DNA of 64,000 nucleotides from Pristiophorus japonicus (lineage: Eukaryota): NCBI RefSeq assembly GCF_044704955.1, contig NC_091989.1, positions 104,222,001-104,286,000 of the forward strand. The letters run 5' to 3'. Both the position numbers and the translations under genes were made by a program. Shown in pieces: positions 38,133-51,009 of the stretch (within the stretch, counting starts at the first letter, position 1; every line of letters starts with the position of its first letter). Under the pieces are notes generated by a model. The model was given only the letters and a program-made list of their open reading frames with translations. It was not told the origin of the DNA and did not search any database.

Positions 38133-38421
38133 CTGCGGTTACTCTGTTTCAAGTAACCCAAGCCCTGAAAATACCATTTCGATCGCTGGTACAAACATTG
38201 TCTTCAATTGCACATTTACTACCTTGCAGCACGATTCTGATATGAATATTTATTGGTGGAAACTTGGCAAAAAAGAATTGATACAACCAGACATCAGAAA
38301 ACGACTGCTTACTTCGAACTCGAGAATATCAGCGTCCGGAACTCTGAAGTTTATCACTGCGGAATGACACGTCAGAGAAACAGGTTCGTAAATGAAAGCG
38401 GATCAAACCTTGTCGTCAAAG
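38133..38421 (+). pseudogene. Copy C: VJ exon, pseudogene
   Basis: Across frameshifts: FQVTQ/SPENTISIAGTNIVFNC...IYWWKLG...DIRKR/AYFELENISVRNSEVYHCG...VNESGSNLVVK, donor G|gtaaga. Internal deletion, acceptor lost. Clearly paralogous to 16271-16588. Confidence 0.88.
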
Positions 38422-38819
38422 GTAAGAACATTGTAAAGAGCATATCGGCATTACAGGGTCACAGTTATTCAAAATAAATAATGAAGTATCGCATTTCCCA
38501 CTCTCTCTCGTGCTGTTTTAACATTTACATTACAAATCAAATGGTTCAATGGTTCAATTTTAGATTCTAGTTATAAAACACAATACTTGTAGATCTGTGT
38601 GCTGGTTTTTAAACCATCCTAATCGTTTTATTAATCATTAGTTCTGTAATGTCATGCATGTAAGCGTACGCAGGAAGAATTGTCATGCCATTTAGGTGCA
38701 AATACAAATTGTGATAACTTGAAAGGTTTTCAGTATAAATTACATTTTGATTGGGCTGATTTGAATATATCCCGAACAGTTTAAAACAGCAGTTTCATGA
38801 CCATCTAAACTATCAGGCT

Positions 38820-39805
38820 AAGAACAGAAGAACATAAGCAATAGGAGCAGGGGTAGGCCATTTGGTCCCTGGAGCCTGCTTCACCATTCAATAAGATCAT
38901 GGCTGACCTGATCATGGACTCAGTTCCCCTTCCCTGCTCTCTCACCATAACCCTTTACTCCCTTAAACCATTTACTAAGCCCCCTAGTTCTAAATTCCCC
39001 CATGAGTGGAAACATCCTCTCTGTATCTACTTTGTTGAGCCCCACCATATCTTATATGTCTCAATAAGCTCACCTCTCATTCTTCTGAACTCCAATAAGT
39101 ACAAGCCCAACCTGCTCAACCTTTCTACATAAGTCAACCTCTTCATCTCAGTAATCAAACAGTGAACCTTCCCTGAACTGCCTTCAAAGCAAGTATATCC
39201 TTCCTTAAATAAGGAGACCAAAACTGTACACAGTACTCTAGGTGTGGCCTCACCAATACCCTGTACAGTTTAAGCAGGACTTATACTTCACCTGCTTGCA
39301 ATAAAAGCCAGCATTCCATTTGCCTTCCTGATTACTTGCTGTACCTGTATACTAACGTTTTGTGTCTCATGCATAAGGACCCTCACATCCCTCTGTGCAG
39401 CATTCTGTAATTTTACTCCATTTAAATTATATATTTTTTTCTCCCAAAATGGATCATCTCACACTTTCCCGCATTGTACTCCATCTGCCAAATGTTTGTC
39501 CACTCACTTAGCTTGTCTATATCCCTTTGCAGATTGTTTGTGTCCTCCTCACAACTTGCTTTCTCACAATCTTTGTATCGTCAGAAAACTTGGCGACATT
39601 ATACTTGGTCCCTTTATCCAAATCATTAATATAGAATGTAAATAGATGAGGCCCCAGCATGGATCCCTATGGTCCCCACTAATTACTGTTTGCCAATCGG
39701 AAAATGATCCATTCATCCCGAATCTCTGGTTTCTTTTAGTTAAATAATCCTCTATCCATGCTAATACATTACCCCCAACCTCGTGAACTTTCATCTTGTG
39801 CAGTT
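38820..39805 (-). mobile_element. CR1 3' fragment
   Basis: YLLEFRRMRGELIETYK and NVLAWIEDYL on the minus strand, with tail. Confidence 0.9.
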
Positions 39806-39909
39806 ATGCAGTATGAAGTCTAATTTCAATGACAACATGTATACAAAATTTAATCCACGGGATCATTTTAGAATGCTGTGCCCCTGCTCTTGCTGCGATA
39901 AATAAGAAG

Positions 39910-40325
39910 GAACTTGTACTTATAGAAGTTGTCCCAAAGCGTTTTATATCCAATTAAGTGTTTTTGTAATCTAGTCACTGTTTTAATGTAATGAAGCGTG
40001 GCAGCGAATATACAAACAGCAATGTCCGACAAGGGATAACCGCTAGATCTTTCATGATGGTGCCTGAGGGATAAATATTGGCCAGGACATCGGGACCATT
40101 TCTATGCATTTCTTCGAGTAGTGCGGTGGAAGAGTTTATGCTCATCTGAGAGGGCAGAGGGACTGAGGTTTAACATCGCATCCGAATAACACTTAGACAG
40201 TGCAATAATCCCTCCTGCACTGAAGGGTCTTGATGATTTGTGCTGAAGTCTCTGGAATAGGGCTTAGAACTCAGAAAGTTCTTTCTCGGAGGCAGGAGTG
40301 CTACTACGAAGCAATGACTGACACT
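39910..40325 (-). mobile_element. DeuSINE-type SINE remnant (SacSINE1/AmnSINE1-like central domain)
   Basis: Reverse complement contains TCGGATGCGATGTTAAACC...CTGCCCTCTCAG...GTCCTGGCCAATATTTATCCCTCA, matching my recollection of the Deu domain. A more decayed copy lies at about 52660-53030. Confidence 0.7.
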
Positions 40326-41414
40326 ATATTCTCTAGGGCTGAGAGATCAGAGGGTCGGAAGCCTGGCTCTATTTCCTGTTCTTCAGTCTGTAGTTTCTCT
40401 CAGCCTCTGGTCGACGAACCAAATAATTTGCATCTCCTCAAATCCCTTCAAAAACGAATATATTATCGATAAAGAATGTTGTGAATGTGTCCCTGAATTG
40501 TGCAAACTCCATTCGCCGCAGTTGTTACTTTCTCTCACACGCCGAAGTGAAAGTTTCGCCTTTAGGTAATATCACTGATTGTGATGTTATGCGTTTACTG
40601 GGACCATGCAAATAATACGAATAAAAAAAACCTCATGGCTGGAAATAGAATTCCTTTCGTGGTCGCCGCTAATTGTGAGAAAAGTGTCCATCTAAGATGC
40701 TATGCCACCACAGTTTATTCCTCGGGTTACTTTAGTAACAAGACGGGCGATGGTATGGGGTTGCGCTTCCTCTCTCAACCGTAGGTAGTGACAATATGTA
40801 AGCGCAATTTGAATGTTTCATCCGGTCCGGAATAGTGGGCATAGAAGGTCTTCATAAACGCATCTTCTATTCGCTACACAGACCAGAGGAATTCTTCACT
40901 CACGCTTTCAAATTGTTCTCAATAACGAGGTAACGCTGGAAAATGGGGTTTCGATGTTGTACAGAGGGAGCTGCATAAATCGTGAACATAATGGGCAAAA
41001 GAACCAGAAGCAACACGAGGGGAAAATACACAGCAACGGGGTGACCGAAATAGATTCAATAGCAATCTTCAAACGGAAATTGGTTAACTACTTGAAGGGA
41101 AACATTTGCGGGGCTCTGGGGAAAAGAGCAGGGATGTGGAACTAATTTGATTGCTCTTCCAAATAACCGACATAGACACGATGGGCTGAGTGGCGTCTTT
41201 CTGTGCTGTACAATCTATGATTCTATAATCTACAGTAATTACAACTGAATGTTTTCACTTCTCCATAAACAAACAGATGTATAGCTTTCTCACACTGTTG
41301 TATCCGATCTGAAGATGTATCTTTCCATTGGAAATGTTCCGTCACAACAAGAAATTAAGTCAAAAATTCCAGAATAGATCAGTAATGTAACTTTCTTCTT
41401 CGACCTGTCACCAG

Positions 41415-41725
41415 CTCCCCCAACTCCCCTGAGGATTGTTTCCAAAGCATCGGAAATTAATGTATTCGGTTCTTTGACTCTCGTGTGAGTAATGGCTTGA
41501 TTTTACCCGGATGAACTGGCTATCACTTGGTACAAAAATAATGGCAGTATTGAGACCAAAATACATACTACTAAGCAGCTCAGCAGAGCTGGGATGTATG
41601 AAGCTCCAGCTATTTTGCAGAGGCACAGCCTGTCCAAGGAGGAACTGTTTATGTTTATCTGGTTTCTCACGTGACCCTCCAGTTTCCAGCCATGGCAATT
41701 TACTTGGTCCCAAATTCTAACTCAG
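41415..41725 (+). pseudogene. Copy C: C1 exon, pseudogene
   Basis: PPTPLRIVSK...LTLV*VMA*FYPDELAITWYKNN...GMYE/...VYVYLVSHVTLQFPA. Both Cys lost (TGA, TAT), two stops, a frameshift, donor GT>GG. Confidence 0.9.
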
Positions 41726-42692
41726 GGAGGATGTCACTTTGCTTACAAAAACAAACGTCTGCCAGTAATCTGTGAGGCAATTATTCCCAGACATGTGAAG
41801 AGTTCCTCTTTAATTATTGAAAGGGAAACGTGTAAGAAATTTAGCGACAAATTGCGAACAGTGAAAATTATCCAACACACGATATTTTTGTAAAATCCCA
41901 TCAATATTAAAAATATTATTGTTCAATGTTTATTTCCAGAGCACATAGATTTCCAGTTTCTGATCTACCACCTCCTCCGGAATGGTTACAGTTTAATTCT
42001 ATATTTCTGGAAGGCTGACAGCCCATTAGTTTCTGTATCTGTTTTTCATTCTGTGGGATAAGAGCATTTTCTATTGATAAGATTAAAACTGAATTTTTAG
42101 TTTAACTAGTTAATTAATACAATTAACAATTGCCCTCGTCACTATGTGGGGTTGCGTCGTAACTTCTTTTTGGACCGTTTCCTCTGTTAGGTATTTCTGG
42201 AAATGTTGCTTTTTTCCTCAGTATTATGTTTGTAACATTTCTCGCGCCGCCCATTTGTTTCATCAATGCTCCATTCATTCCAAATGATGTAACAGCCACT
42301 ATTTGAAGAAAATAAGAAATATGCAGTGAGTTCTCGGTACCTAACATAACTGGTTTGTATGTTACCCATTTTACTAGCAATAGCGATCACAGCAAATGTC
42401 CACATATATATTTGCATTGGAGCAATCAGCGCAATCCTTCTTAATTTAACATTTCAGATTAAAGAATTTCCACATTCAAGCCACATACGTGTTCGAGGAC
42501 AAAGTAAGCTACTTAGCGTTTCGACCATGTCGCACTAAATCAGCGGTTATTTGATTTGAAAGGAGGTGATAATGAGGGCATATTGAACGAAAAATGAATA
42601 TTGATGAATAAACTTGGCCCGATGTGAAAAAAATAATTTTGTACAGAACTGTTTTCTGGGTTGCAATATTTACTGAACTTACGGGGTGCACT

Positions 42693-42813
42693 GGGCAAAC
42701 TTTCAGCTTCGGCAGGCGTATAAAATATAATGGAAAGGAAAATCTGCCGGTGTGTATAACGCAACTGATCCTATACCGCCAGTTTTGCACCCCACCGAAG
42801 TTGAAAGTTCCAC
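42693..42813. mobile_element. Small palindromic MITE
   Basis: AACTTTCAGCTTCGG ... CCGAAGTTGAAAGTT inverted termini. Confidence 0.55.
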
Positions 42814-43133
42814 CATAATAAACTAGGGGATGAAATTGGTCTTCAGCGGTCACTGAAAATGGCGGATAGCGATTCAGCAGCCGGTTTTACACTCCTCGCG
42901 AGTTTCTGTTCCATTGCCCTATTTTCCACCGGGCGATGAGGCTAATGTCTCTCACCCTTTTCGTTTAGTTTTAAATAGCGATAAATCAATTTCCATCAGT
43001 TAGCAATTTGATTACCCATGCTCAACTGATGTAAACATTTGTTCAGGTATCAGCTTCCATTTAGGACTCTGACTGCCGACGGCATCCTCAACAAAGCACA
43101 GCCCTACATATGGAAGTTATATTAATCGCGCAG

Positions 43134-43254
43134 GCAGTGACTGTACCTCGCCCTCGCGTTATTTACGGATCATGGGATGTGCAGGCTTTGCGGTGACGTT
43201 ACTGGTGCTGCTGATTATCATCTGGAATGTCGTTCACATTCAGTAACTGTAAAG
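43134..43254 (+). pseudogene. Copy C: transmembrane exon (frameshifted at its 3' end)
   Basis: cgcgcag| (G)SDCTSPSRYLRIMGCAGFAVTLLVLLIIIW..., donor AAAG|gtaagt; 121 nt, so off by one for phase 1-1. Confidence 0.75.
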
Positions 43255-43639
43255 GTAAGTTACCATCAGATTGTATAATTTAAATACAAATGACAACGAA
43301 CAGAAAGGGCTAGTCAGCATGGAGAGAGGTTTGATCCAAGCTATAATTTACTGGTCAGAAGATTTGTTGGCACTGAACTAGAGCTCTGGTGGGTGTTGAA
43401 TTTTGAAATCGGTCTGTGGTCCGGAAATGCAGTTTTTAAAGTTGAATGGTATGAACATAAAGATGGATTGTATTTCCGCTGCGCTGTCTCCCACCTCACG
43501 CCGACCCGGAAATTGTCTCACTAATATTCCACATGTTAAAATATACTAGAGGATGAATATAACTGAAATTCTGTTCATCTTTTTTTAGGCTGAGGTGTCA
43601 AACTGTTTTTGCTTTTATAGAGAGCAATGTCGCATTCGT

Positions 43640-44315
43640 ATTAGTTCCAAGCTTATGGTCTACAAGGCAGTAGTAATATTCGCCCTCCTACATATCTCAG
43701 AGATGTGAGCCATATACAGTAGACACCTCAAAGCGCTGGAGAAGTACCACCCGCGCTGCCTCCGCAAGATCCTGCAAATCCACTGGGATGAAAAAACGCA
43801 TCAACTTCAGCATTCTCGATCAGGCTAATATCTCCAGCATCAAAGCATTGACCACACTCGACCAGTAGCATTGAGTGGGCCACATCATCCGCATGCCCGA
43901 CAGGAGACTCCCAAAGCAAGTGCTCTACTCGGAACTCCTAGAGGGCAAGTGAGCCCCAGTGGGCAGAGGAAACCTTTCAAGGACACCCTTAAAGCCTCCT
44001 TGATAAAGTGCAACATCCCCACTGGCACCTGGGACTCCCTGGTCCAAGACTGTTCTAAGTGCAGGAAGAGCATCCGGGAGGGCGCTAAGTACCTCAAGTC
44101 TCATTGCTGAGAGCATGAAGAAAACAAACGCAGACAGCGGAAGAAGTGTGCAGAAAACCAGACTACCCACCCACCTTTTCCTTCAACCACTATCTGTCCC
44201 ACCTTTGACAGAGATGTAATTCCCACACTGGACTGTACAGTCACCTGAGAATTCACTTATAGAGTGGAAGCAAGTCTTCCTCGATTTCGAGGGACTGCCT
44301 ATGATGATAATGATT
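43640..44315 (+). mobile_element. RTE-clade LINE 3' fragment
   Basis: GQRKPFKDTLKASLIKCNI, C2H2-like end, (ATG)n tail. Confidence 0.9.
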
Positions 44316-44469
44316 AGTGTTGGTCAACTAATATCCCACAAAATCCAGGTTGCAGAATATTATGATTTTTTTTTCGACTTTGCCTTCACTGTAATTTGTC
44401 ATTGGCCGTACTTGCTGAATCATATCGTGCAACATTCACAATGACGTTTTGTATTGTGTGTTTTGCCAG

Positions 44470-44510
44470 GCAGACACAGAAAAGGTGAAGCAAACAATTG
44501 TGATGAGTAT
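44470..44510 (+). pseudogene. Copy C: short cytoplasmic exon
   Basis: ttttgccag| (G)RHRKGEANNCDEY |gtaagt; 41 nt, phase 1 to 0, same position and phase as 18675-18718. Confidence 0.6.
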
Positions 44511-45861
44511 GTAAGTTTATAACATTCATCCGATTGGCGTTTTAAGTGTTATGTGATGATTTATTTCAGAGTCCAGCATCCGCAGTGTTTTGCTTTTCTA
44601 TTAGTGACAATTTTCTTTTAAGCTCAGAACATTTCAAATCTATTTCAGACTAGGTTAACACTTCTGTGTGCTTTTCCAGTTGATTACTTCAGAATGGGAC
44701 ATCGAAACCTGTCAGCATGTAGCACTCGCAAGAAGGTTAGCGCAGAATGCGCACCGAAATCCATTGTCCAGGCACTAAGTGCACTCAGTCTGCCCAGGTC
44801 CAGGAGCAGTGCACTTTTTTGTCAATGCTAATACCATAGTCTGGGGAGACTCCCCGTGTATGCCGATGCCATGGCAGGGTCCCGTGCATGGCTAGAAAGG
44901 CAGGACATTTAAGTGAGGCCGCTGGCTGCAGGCTTATGAGAGCAGCAGCTATCAGGCTCCCAAACCCGGATAATGGTTTGGTAACTTGGGAAAAAGTATC
45001 CAACTTAACTTTTAGTGTTCTATTTGTTTGGTTGCAAGGCCCTTTGTGGCCATCTAGTCGGTAGAGAGCAGGCAGTCACGGCACAAATCTAATATCTTCT
45101 TCATGTAGCATCCCTGCATCTAGATACTTAAAATTCTTCGCAGAGGAAATGGGCAGGAGACCAAGAGTTCCCTCTCCCTTCTAATTGTGATGAGTAGGTC
45201 GGGCTGTGACTACTGCTATCCCTAGATCCCAACACAATGTAACGGGGATTAGGCCCGATGTATTGGTCATTGTCCCTATTTTTCTGACCGATGAACCCAA
45301 GAACCTGTCATTTCATTTGGGCAAAAATATGGAAAATGAACCTTAAACGAAAATCCCATCTTTGGGTGTGTTATTTTGAAACATCAATATCCATTCTCCT
45401 AAGATTAGCAGTTTAGTTTCAATTAGCCACAGTTCCGCACCAGCAATTATTTTCCGTCCACTCCTCCAGGGCGAGCTCCCCATTGCCCTTGGAAACACAG
45501 CTTGGAGCCCTACAACGATATTTTAAGAGGTTGGCCACGGAAGATTGGCTAGGGCCAATGGCATAACAGTGAGTGGCCACAAAGAGCGTTGTTCCAAATT
45601 AAGTTGTTTATGCTGTTCTTATGCACCATGTAAATCTTGCTAGAGGCACACAGAATGGTAATTTTAAATTTATACCCCACGCTTTGGGTACTCACAGTGG
45701 GTTGAGACGGCGTTTTTGAGGTGGATGTAGCATTTCAGATATTTTGTCTGCCACAAATACAGAGTAAAGAAGGAAGATCAATATATTTGGGGCTCCTCAA
45801 TCTGAAACACATTTATGTAAAACACTTCAGGCATTAGTTACTAGCATATAACACAGCTGGA

Positions 45862-47221
45862 TAAGAACATAAGAACATAAGAATTAGGAACAGGAGTAGG
45901 CCATCTAGCCCCTCGAGCCTGCTCCGCCATTCAATAAGATCATGGCTGATCTGGCCGTGGACTTAGCTCCACTTACCCGCCCGCTCCCCGTAACCCTTAA
46001 TTCCCTTATTGGTTAAAAATCTATCTATCTGTGACTTGAATACATTCAATGAGCTAGCCTCAACTGCTTCCTTGGGCAGAGAATTCCACAGATTCACAAC
46101 CCTCTGGGAGAATAAATTCCTTCTCAACTCGGTTTTAAATTGGTTCCCCCGTATTTTGAGACTGTGCCTCCTAGGTCTAGTCTTCCATACCAGTAGAAAC
46201 AACCTCTCTGCCTCTATCTTGTCTATCCCTTTCATTATTTTAAATGTTTCTATAAGATCACCCCTCATCCTTCTGAACTCCAACGAGTAAAGTCCCAGTC
46301 TACTCAATCTATCATCATAAGGTAACCCCCTCATCTCCGGAATCAGCCTAGTGAATCGTCTCTGTACCCCCTCCAAAGCTAGTATATCCTTCCTTAAGTA
46401 AGGTGACCAAAACTGCACTCGGTACTCCAGGTGCGGCCTTACCCTATACAGTTGCAGCAGGACCTCCCTGCTTTTGTACTCCATCCCTCTCGCAATGAAG
46501 GCCAACATTCCATTCGCCTTCCTGATTACGTGCTGCACCTGCAAACTAACTTTTTGGGATTCATGCACAAGGACCCCCAGGTCCTTCTGCACCTCAGCAT
46601 GTTGTAATTTCTCCCCATTCAAATATTATTCCCTTTTACTGTTTTTTTTCCATCTGCCAAACCTTCGCCCATTCGCTTAACCTATCCAAATCTCTTTGCA
46701 GCCTCTCTGTGTCCTCTACACAACTCGCTTTCCCACTAATCTTCGTGTCATCTGCAAATTTTGTTACACTACACTCTGTCCCCTCTTCCAGGTCATCTAT
46801 GTATATTGTAAACAGTTGTGGTCCCAGCACTGATCCCTGTGGCACACCACTAACCACTGATTTCCAACCCGAAAAGGACCCATTTATCCCGACTCTCTGC
46901 TTTCTGTTCGCCAGCCAATTCTCGATCCATGCTAATACACTTCCTCTGACTCCGCATACCTCTATCTTCTGCAGTAACCTTTTGTATGGCACCTTATCGA
47001 ATGCCTTTTGGAAATCTAAATACTCCACATCCATCGGTACACCTCTATCCACCATGCTCGTTATATCCTCAAAGAATTCCAGTAAATTAGTTAAACATGA
47101 TTTCCCCTTCATGAATCCATGCTGCGTCTGCTTGATTGCACTATTCCTATCTAGATGTCCCGCTATTTCTTCCTTAATGATAGTTTCAAGCATTTTCCCC
47201 ACTACAGATGTTAAACTAACC
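45862..47221 (-). mobile_element. Young CR1 (TTCTTATG-tail family), 5'-truncated
   Basis: Two long minus-strand RT ORFs (46636-47232, 45963-46622); (aagaacat)n tail. Confidence 0.96.
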
Positions 47222-48719
47222 ATAGTACACAACTCGTTTTACCCTATCCCTGTGCGAACAGTATTTCTTCTCCCAAACTCCAGATGTGCACTTCCAAGTA
47301 CATAGAATTATATAGGCCCGGAATTTGCAGTCGGAGCCGTATGTCTGGAGTATGCCTCCGACTGACTAAGCATATCCGCACTTACCGTCAGGGTCCCAGG
47401 CTGCTGAGACGTCTGGTCCTGGGCCTGCAGGGGTACACCTGCGTAAAGACCCACGGATCCCAGGGAGGTGGGCGGTTCCGAACTGTCCCTGGAATCATGT
47501 GGGCCAGATCTCTTTTCCAATCAGAAAAGAGGATTACTATAATGCTTATGGCGACTTCATTTAGGTACAGAATAACATAACCATATTAGGAATACCCAAA
47601 CAGTTAAATAATTTAGACAACTGCAATAAGAATAAATGCTATCATTTTAAAATTAAATGGAAAGTCCCTTCAATAAACAAAATACAATAAAATGTAGTTT
47701 TGTTGAAAAATTATTTTACACATTTTAATCCGGCCAAAATTTGCATAAACTAATTGTATGTGTTTGTGCATAATTTTTTAATTTTAAAATATTTAATTTA
47801 AGATTTATATTAACTCTTACGCTGGGGAAAGCAGGCCCGACACCTGCTTTTACCAGGCGTAAATATTTCAGAAAGCAAATGTTACACACCATCCTGACCT
47901 GGGAATACTTTGTTGTTCCTTCATCGTCGCTGGGTCAAAATCCTGAAACACCGTCACTAACAGCACTGTGGGAGTACCTTCACCACAAGGACTGCAGAGG
48001 TTGAAGACAGTGGCGCGGGGAGAATGGGATGTTAAGTTGAGCAGACTTGCAAAGTCTACACTGAGAGCAAAGGTGGAGGAACGATGGCGTGTAGCGATAT
48101 TATGGAGGAATTTGTAGATAAGGATGAAGAATTTTAAGTTTACCCCTCGAGGCACAGGGGCTCATTATTGTTGTCTTAAAGAGTGTTCTGTTGTTTGTTT
48201 GGTAGTAACGAATTCAGTCTTTTTGTTATAATCATGTTATTCTTTAACTTCAGCATAACAAGCATTTTACAAGCGGTGTATAGTCACAGGTAGATCACGC
48301 AAATGTAGCCTTTGGTCGTTTCTCGTGCTGCTTGAACAACGGAAAAATATATATTTATACACTGTTTTCTTATCAAAATGGAAACAGCATTGGCGAATAT
48401 GGTAGTCTCTGGCTACTGCATAGTCCAAAGAAACAAGTCTACATTTTCTTCAACATACGTTAACAACGTTAGGTGCACGTAAAGTCACGGTGGCCTTGCT
48501 GTGGTAAGCATAACCATTCTAGTCTCTAGACATTCTTATCATAAGATTTCTAATCTCAACATTCTATTATAAACATATCCAAGGTCGGTTGGCTGGTAAA
48601 CAGCAACTGGCTGGTGCTAAGTGAAATCTGTATGTCTCTCGCTCCAATGATGCCATCCACATTTTTCCCTATATTGCATGAACTAAACAGAAGCACCTGT
48701 CAGAAGTTGAATTAACTGA

Positions 48720-49140
48720 TTTCCATAGTGTTTTCTCTCTCGCTCTCTTCTTCAACAGCATTACATTTGTTACCTTCCAATATACAGGGACCATTCTAGA
48801 ATCTAGTGAATTCTTGAAGATCAAAGCAAATCCATCCACTGTCAGTGCAGCCACCTCTTTTAAAACCATAGTATGTAGGCCGTTAAGTCCAGGGGATTTG
48901 TTGGATTTTAGTCACATTAATTTCTCCAATACTTTATCTTTACTAATATGATTTACCTTAAGTCTTTTACTTTGCATCTTCCACTGTGAAGTTAGACACC
49001 AAATATGTGTTTAATGTCTCTGCCATTTCCTTATTCCTATTATAATTTCTCCATTCTCTGCCTCTCAGGAGCACATGTTTACTTTCACTAATCTCTTCTG
49101 CCTTACATATTAGTGAAAACTATTAAAAGCAATTTTTATA
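48720..49140 (-). mobile_element. Degenerate CR1 fragment
   Basis: VLKEVAA...IFKNSLDSRMVP..WK. Confidence 0.8.
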
Positions 49141-49957
49141 CTTGCAATTTTTCCTTCAGCTTGGACGCCCAACTCTGAACTGCTTTGTAACATTTGCTAC
49201 AATAAATGCGCTGTATAAATTCAACTTGTTGTCTGTAAATAGGGACGATACATAACTTAACATGCTATAGAAGAATATAGTAGTCATTTATATACCAAGA
49301 TAGCAGCCCTCCATATTGTCACTTCATAGAAATGACACTGCCATGAGATAATTTTATTCATAACGTGAAAGCCATAAGCAACTGTAGCGTAGATACAAAA
49401 TAGTAAATCCAGCCAATTCTTACACTGGGCTAGCGCAAGTGAAAAAGTTAAATCAGAAACTTATTGAAATGTTCAGGTGTAGCATGCATATTTTTTCATA
49501 CTATGGATAATGGAAATCTAGAAATCTCTCTCAAAAGGCTGTGGCTGCTGGGTCAATTGAAATGTTCAAGATTTTAGATCGATAATTATGTGTTGGGTAA
49601 AGTGCTTCAAGGGATATGGGGCAATAGCGAGTAAATGAAATTGAGTTACAGTTTAGGTATTAAATCAATGAACAGAATTGAAGGGTTGAATGGTCTACTC
49701 CTATTCCTATGCTTCATTAAATATAATATGTGATGTGATACTATGCCAAACATCACAACTGTGCAATTTTTCATGCCTTGAAAGTACAAAAACGCCCCAA
49801 GCTTCTTCACAGCGACATAATTGCACAAAAGTTTATAGGTCATGAAGGATTGGTTGGAATATCTTGTCTGTGCTGAGGTAGCTAATTTCAATCAGTCAAT
49901 AGTAGAGCGCTATGACTGGTCTCCTCTGGGCCAAGAAGACGGAGAATTACATGGAGT

Positions 49958-50292
49958 TGGATTAGATGCAGGAAGAATGTTCCCAATGGCGGGGAAGTCC
50001 AGAACCAGGGGACAGAGTCTAAGGATAAGGGGTAAGCCATTTAGGACCGAGATGAGGAGAAACTTCTTCACTCAGAGAATAGTTAACCTGTGAGGCCAGT
50101 TCGTTAGATATAGTCAAAAGGGAGTTAGATGTGGCCCTTACGGCTAAAAGGATTAAAGTGTATGGAGAGTAAGCAGGAATGGGGTACTAAAGTAGCATGA
50201 TCAGCCATGATCATATTGTATGGTGGTGCAGGCTCGAAGGGCTGAATGGCCTACTCCTGCACCTATTTTCTATGTTTCTATGTTTCTATGTT
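49958..50292 (+). mobile_element. CR1 3' end
   Basis: LDAGRMFPMAGKSRTRG, (TTTCTATG)x3 tail. Confidence 0.93.
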
Positions 50293-50373
50293 TCCATTCC
50301 TGATCGTTCGACAGTGACTTCCACCTGTAGGACTCAGCTGAAGATTACTTTGGTTCAGATCAATGACCTTCAC

Positions 50374-50420
50374 AACACACACACACTCACATATATAATA
50401 TATATATATATATATATACA
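50374..50420. repeat. Compound (CA)n/(TA)n microsatellite
   Basis: Direct read. Confidence 0.9.
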
Positions 50421-50635
50421 TAAATGCACGCGCGTGTATACACGCTCACAGGAGCCAGTTGACATTGATGGTCTGTCTCACATTTGTTGACACCACAGAG
50501 GTCAGAAGCCAGCGTTGTGGAAATCGTACAATGTTCTCCATCAGGAATCATCACTTTGAGGAGGTGGAAGAATTGGCTGGACAATGGGAGGTTTAAGCTG
50601 CTTTTTCGTGGTGTTAATTACAGTAATGATATTTA

Positions 50636-50760
50636 GGCCCGAACGTCACCGGACGGATGGAGGCCCGAAAGTCGCCAGCGGGTTGAAGGCCCGAACATCG
50701 CCGGAGGGTCGAAGGCCCGAAGTCACTGGAAGGTTGAAGGCCAGGATGTCACTGGAGGGA
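50636..50760 (+). repeat. About 26-bp diverged tandem repeat, 5 units
   Basis: aggcccgaa-gtc(a/g)c(c/t)ggagggttga units. Confidence 0.8.
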
Positions 50761-51009
50761 AGACTCATGCAATAGGGCGAGGAGAAAAGGTAAGGTCCAA
50801 ACCTGTGGTTGGAACTGTTCGGAGGCTCGCCAGGGGTCAGTTGGAGCAGCTGAGTCCGCCATTGGGGAGCTTGAGTCCAGTTGGGGGCCTCTTAATAGTA
50901 GTGGGGTCGACCTGGAAAGTAAGTCAGCGATGGGCAGTTGGTCCTTGCAGCAAAGGATTTAGGGGTAGGGGGGGCTTAGACTGTGAGGGGGGAAGGTTGA
51001 GGTAGAGAG

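Noticed and set aside
48254-48480. Possible tyrosine-motif exons for copy C (AVYSH, GEYGSL)
   Set aside because: No alignment to the copy B tail and no consistent splice or phase model.
50636-50760. CRISPR-like regularly spaced repeats (also 23839-23964 and 62600-62845)
   Set aside because: Eukaryotic context; units are contiguous diverged tandem copies without unique spacers.
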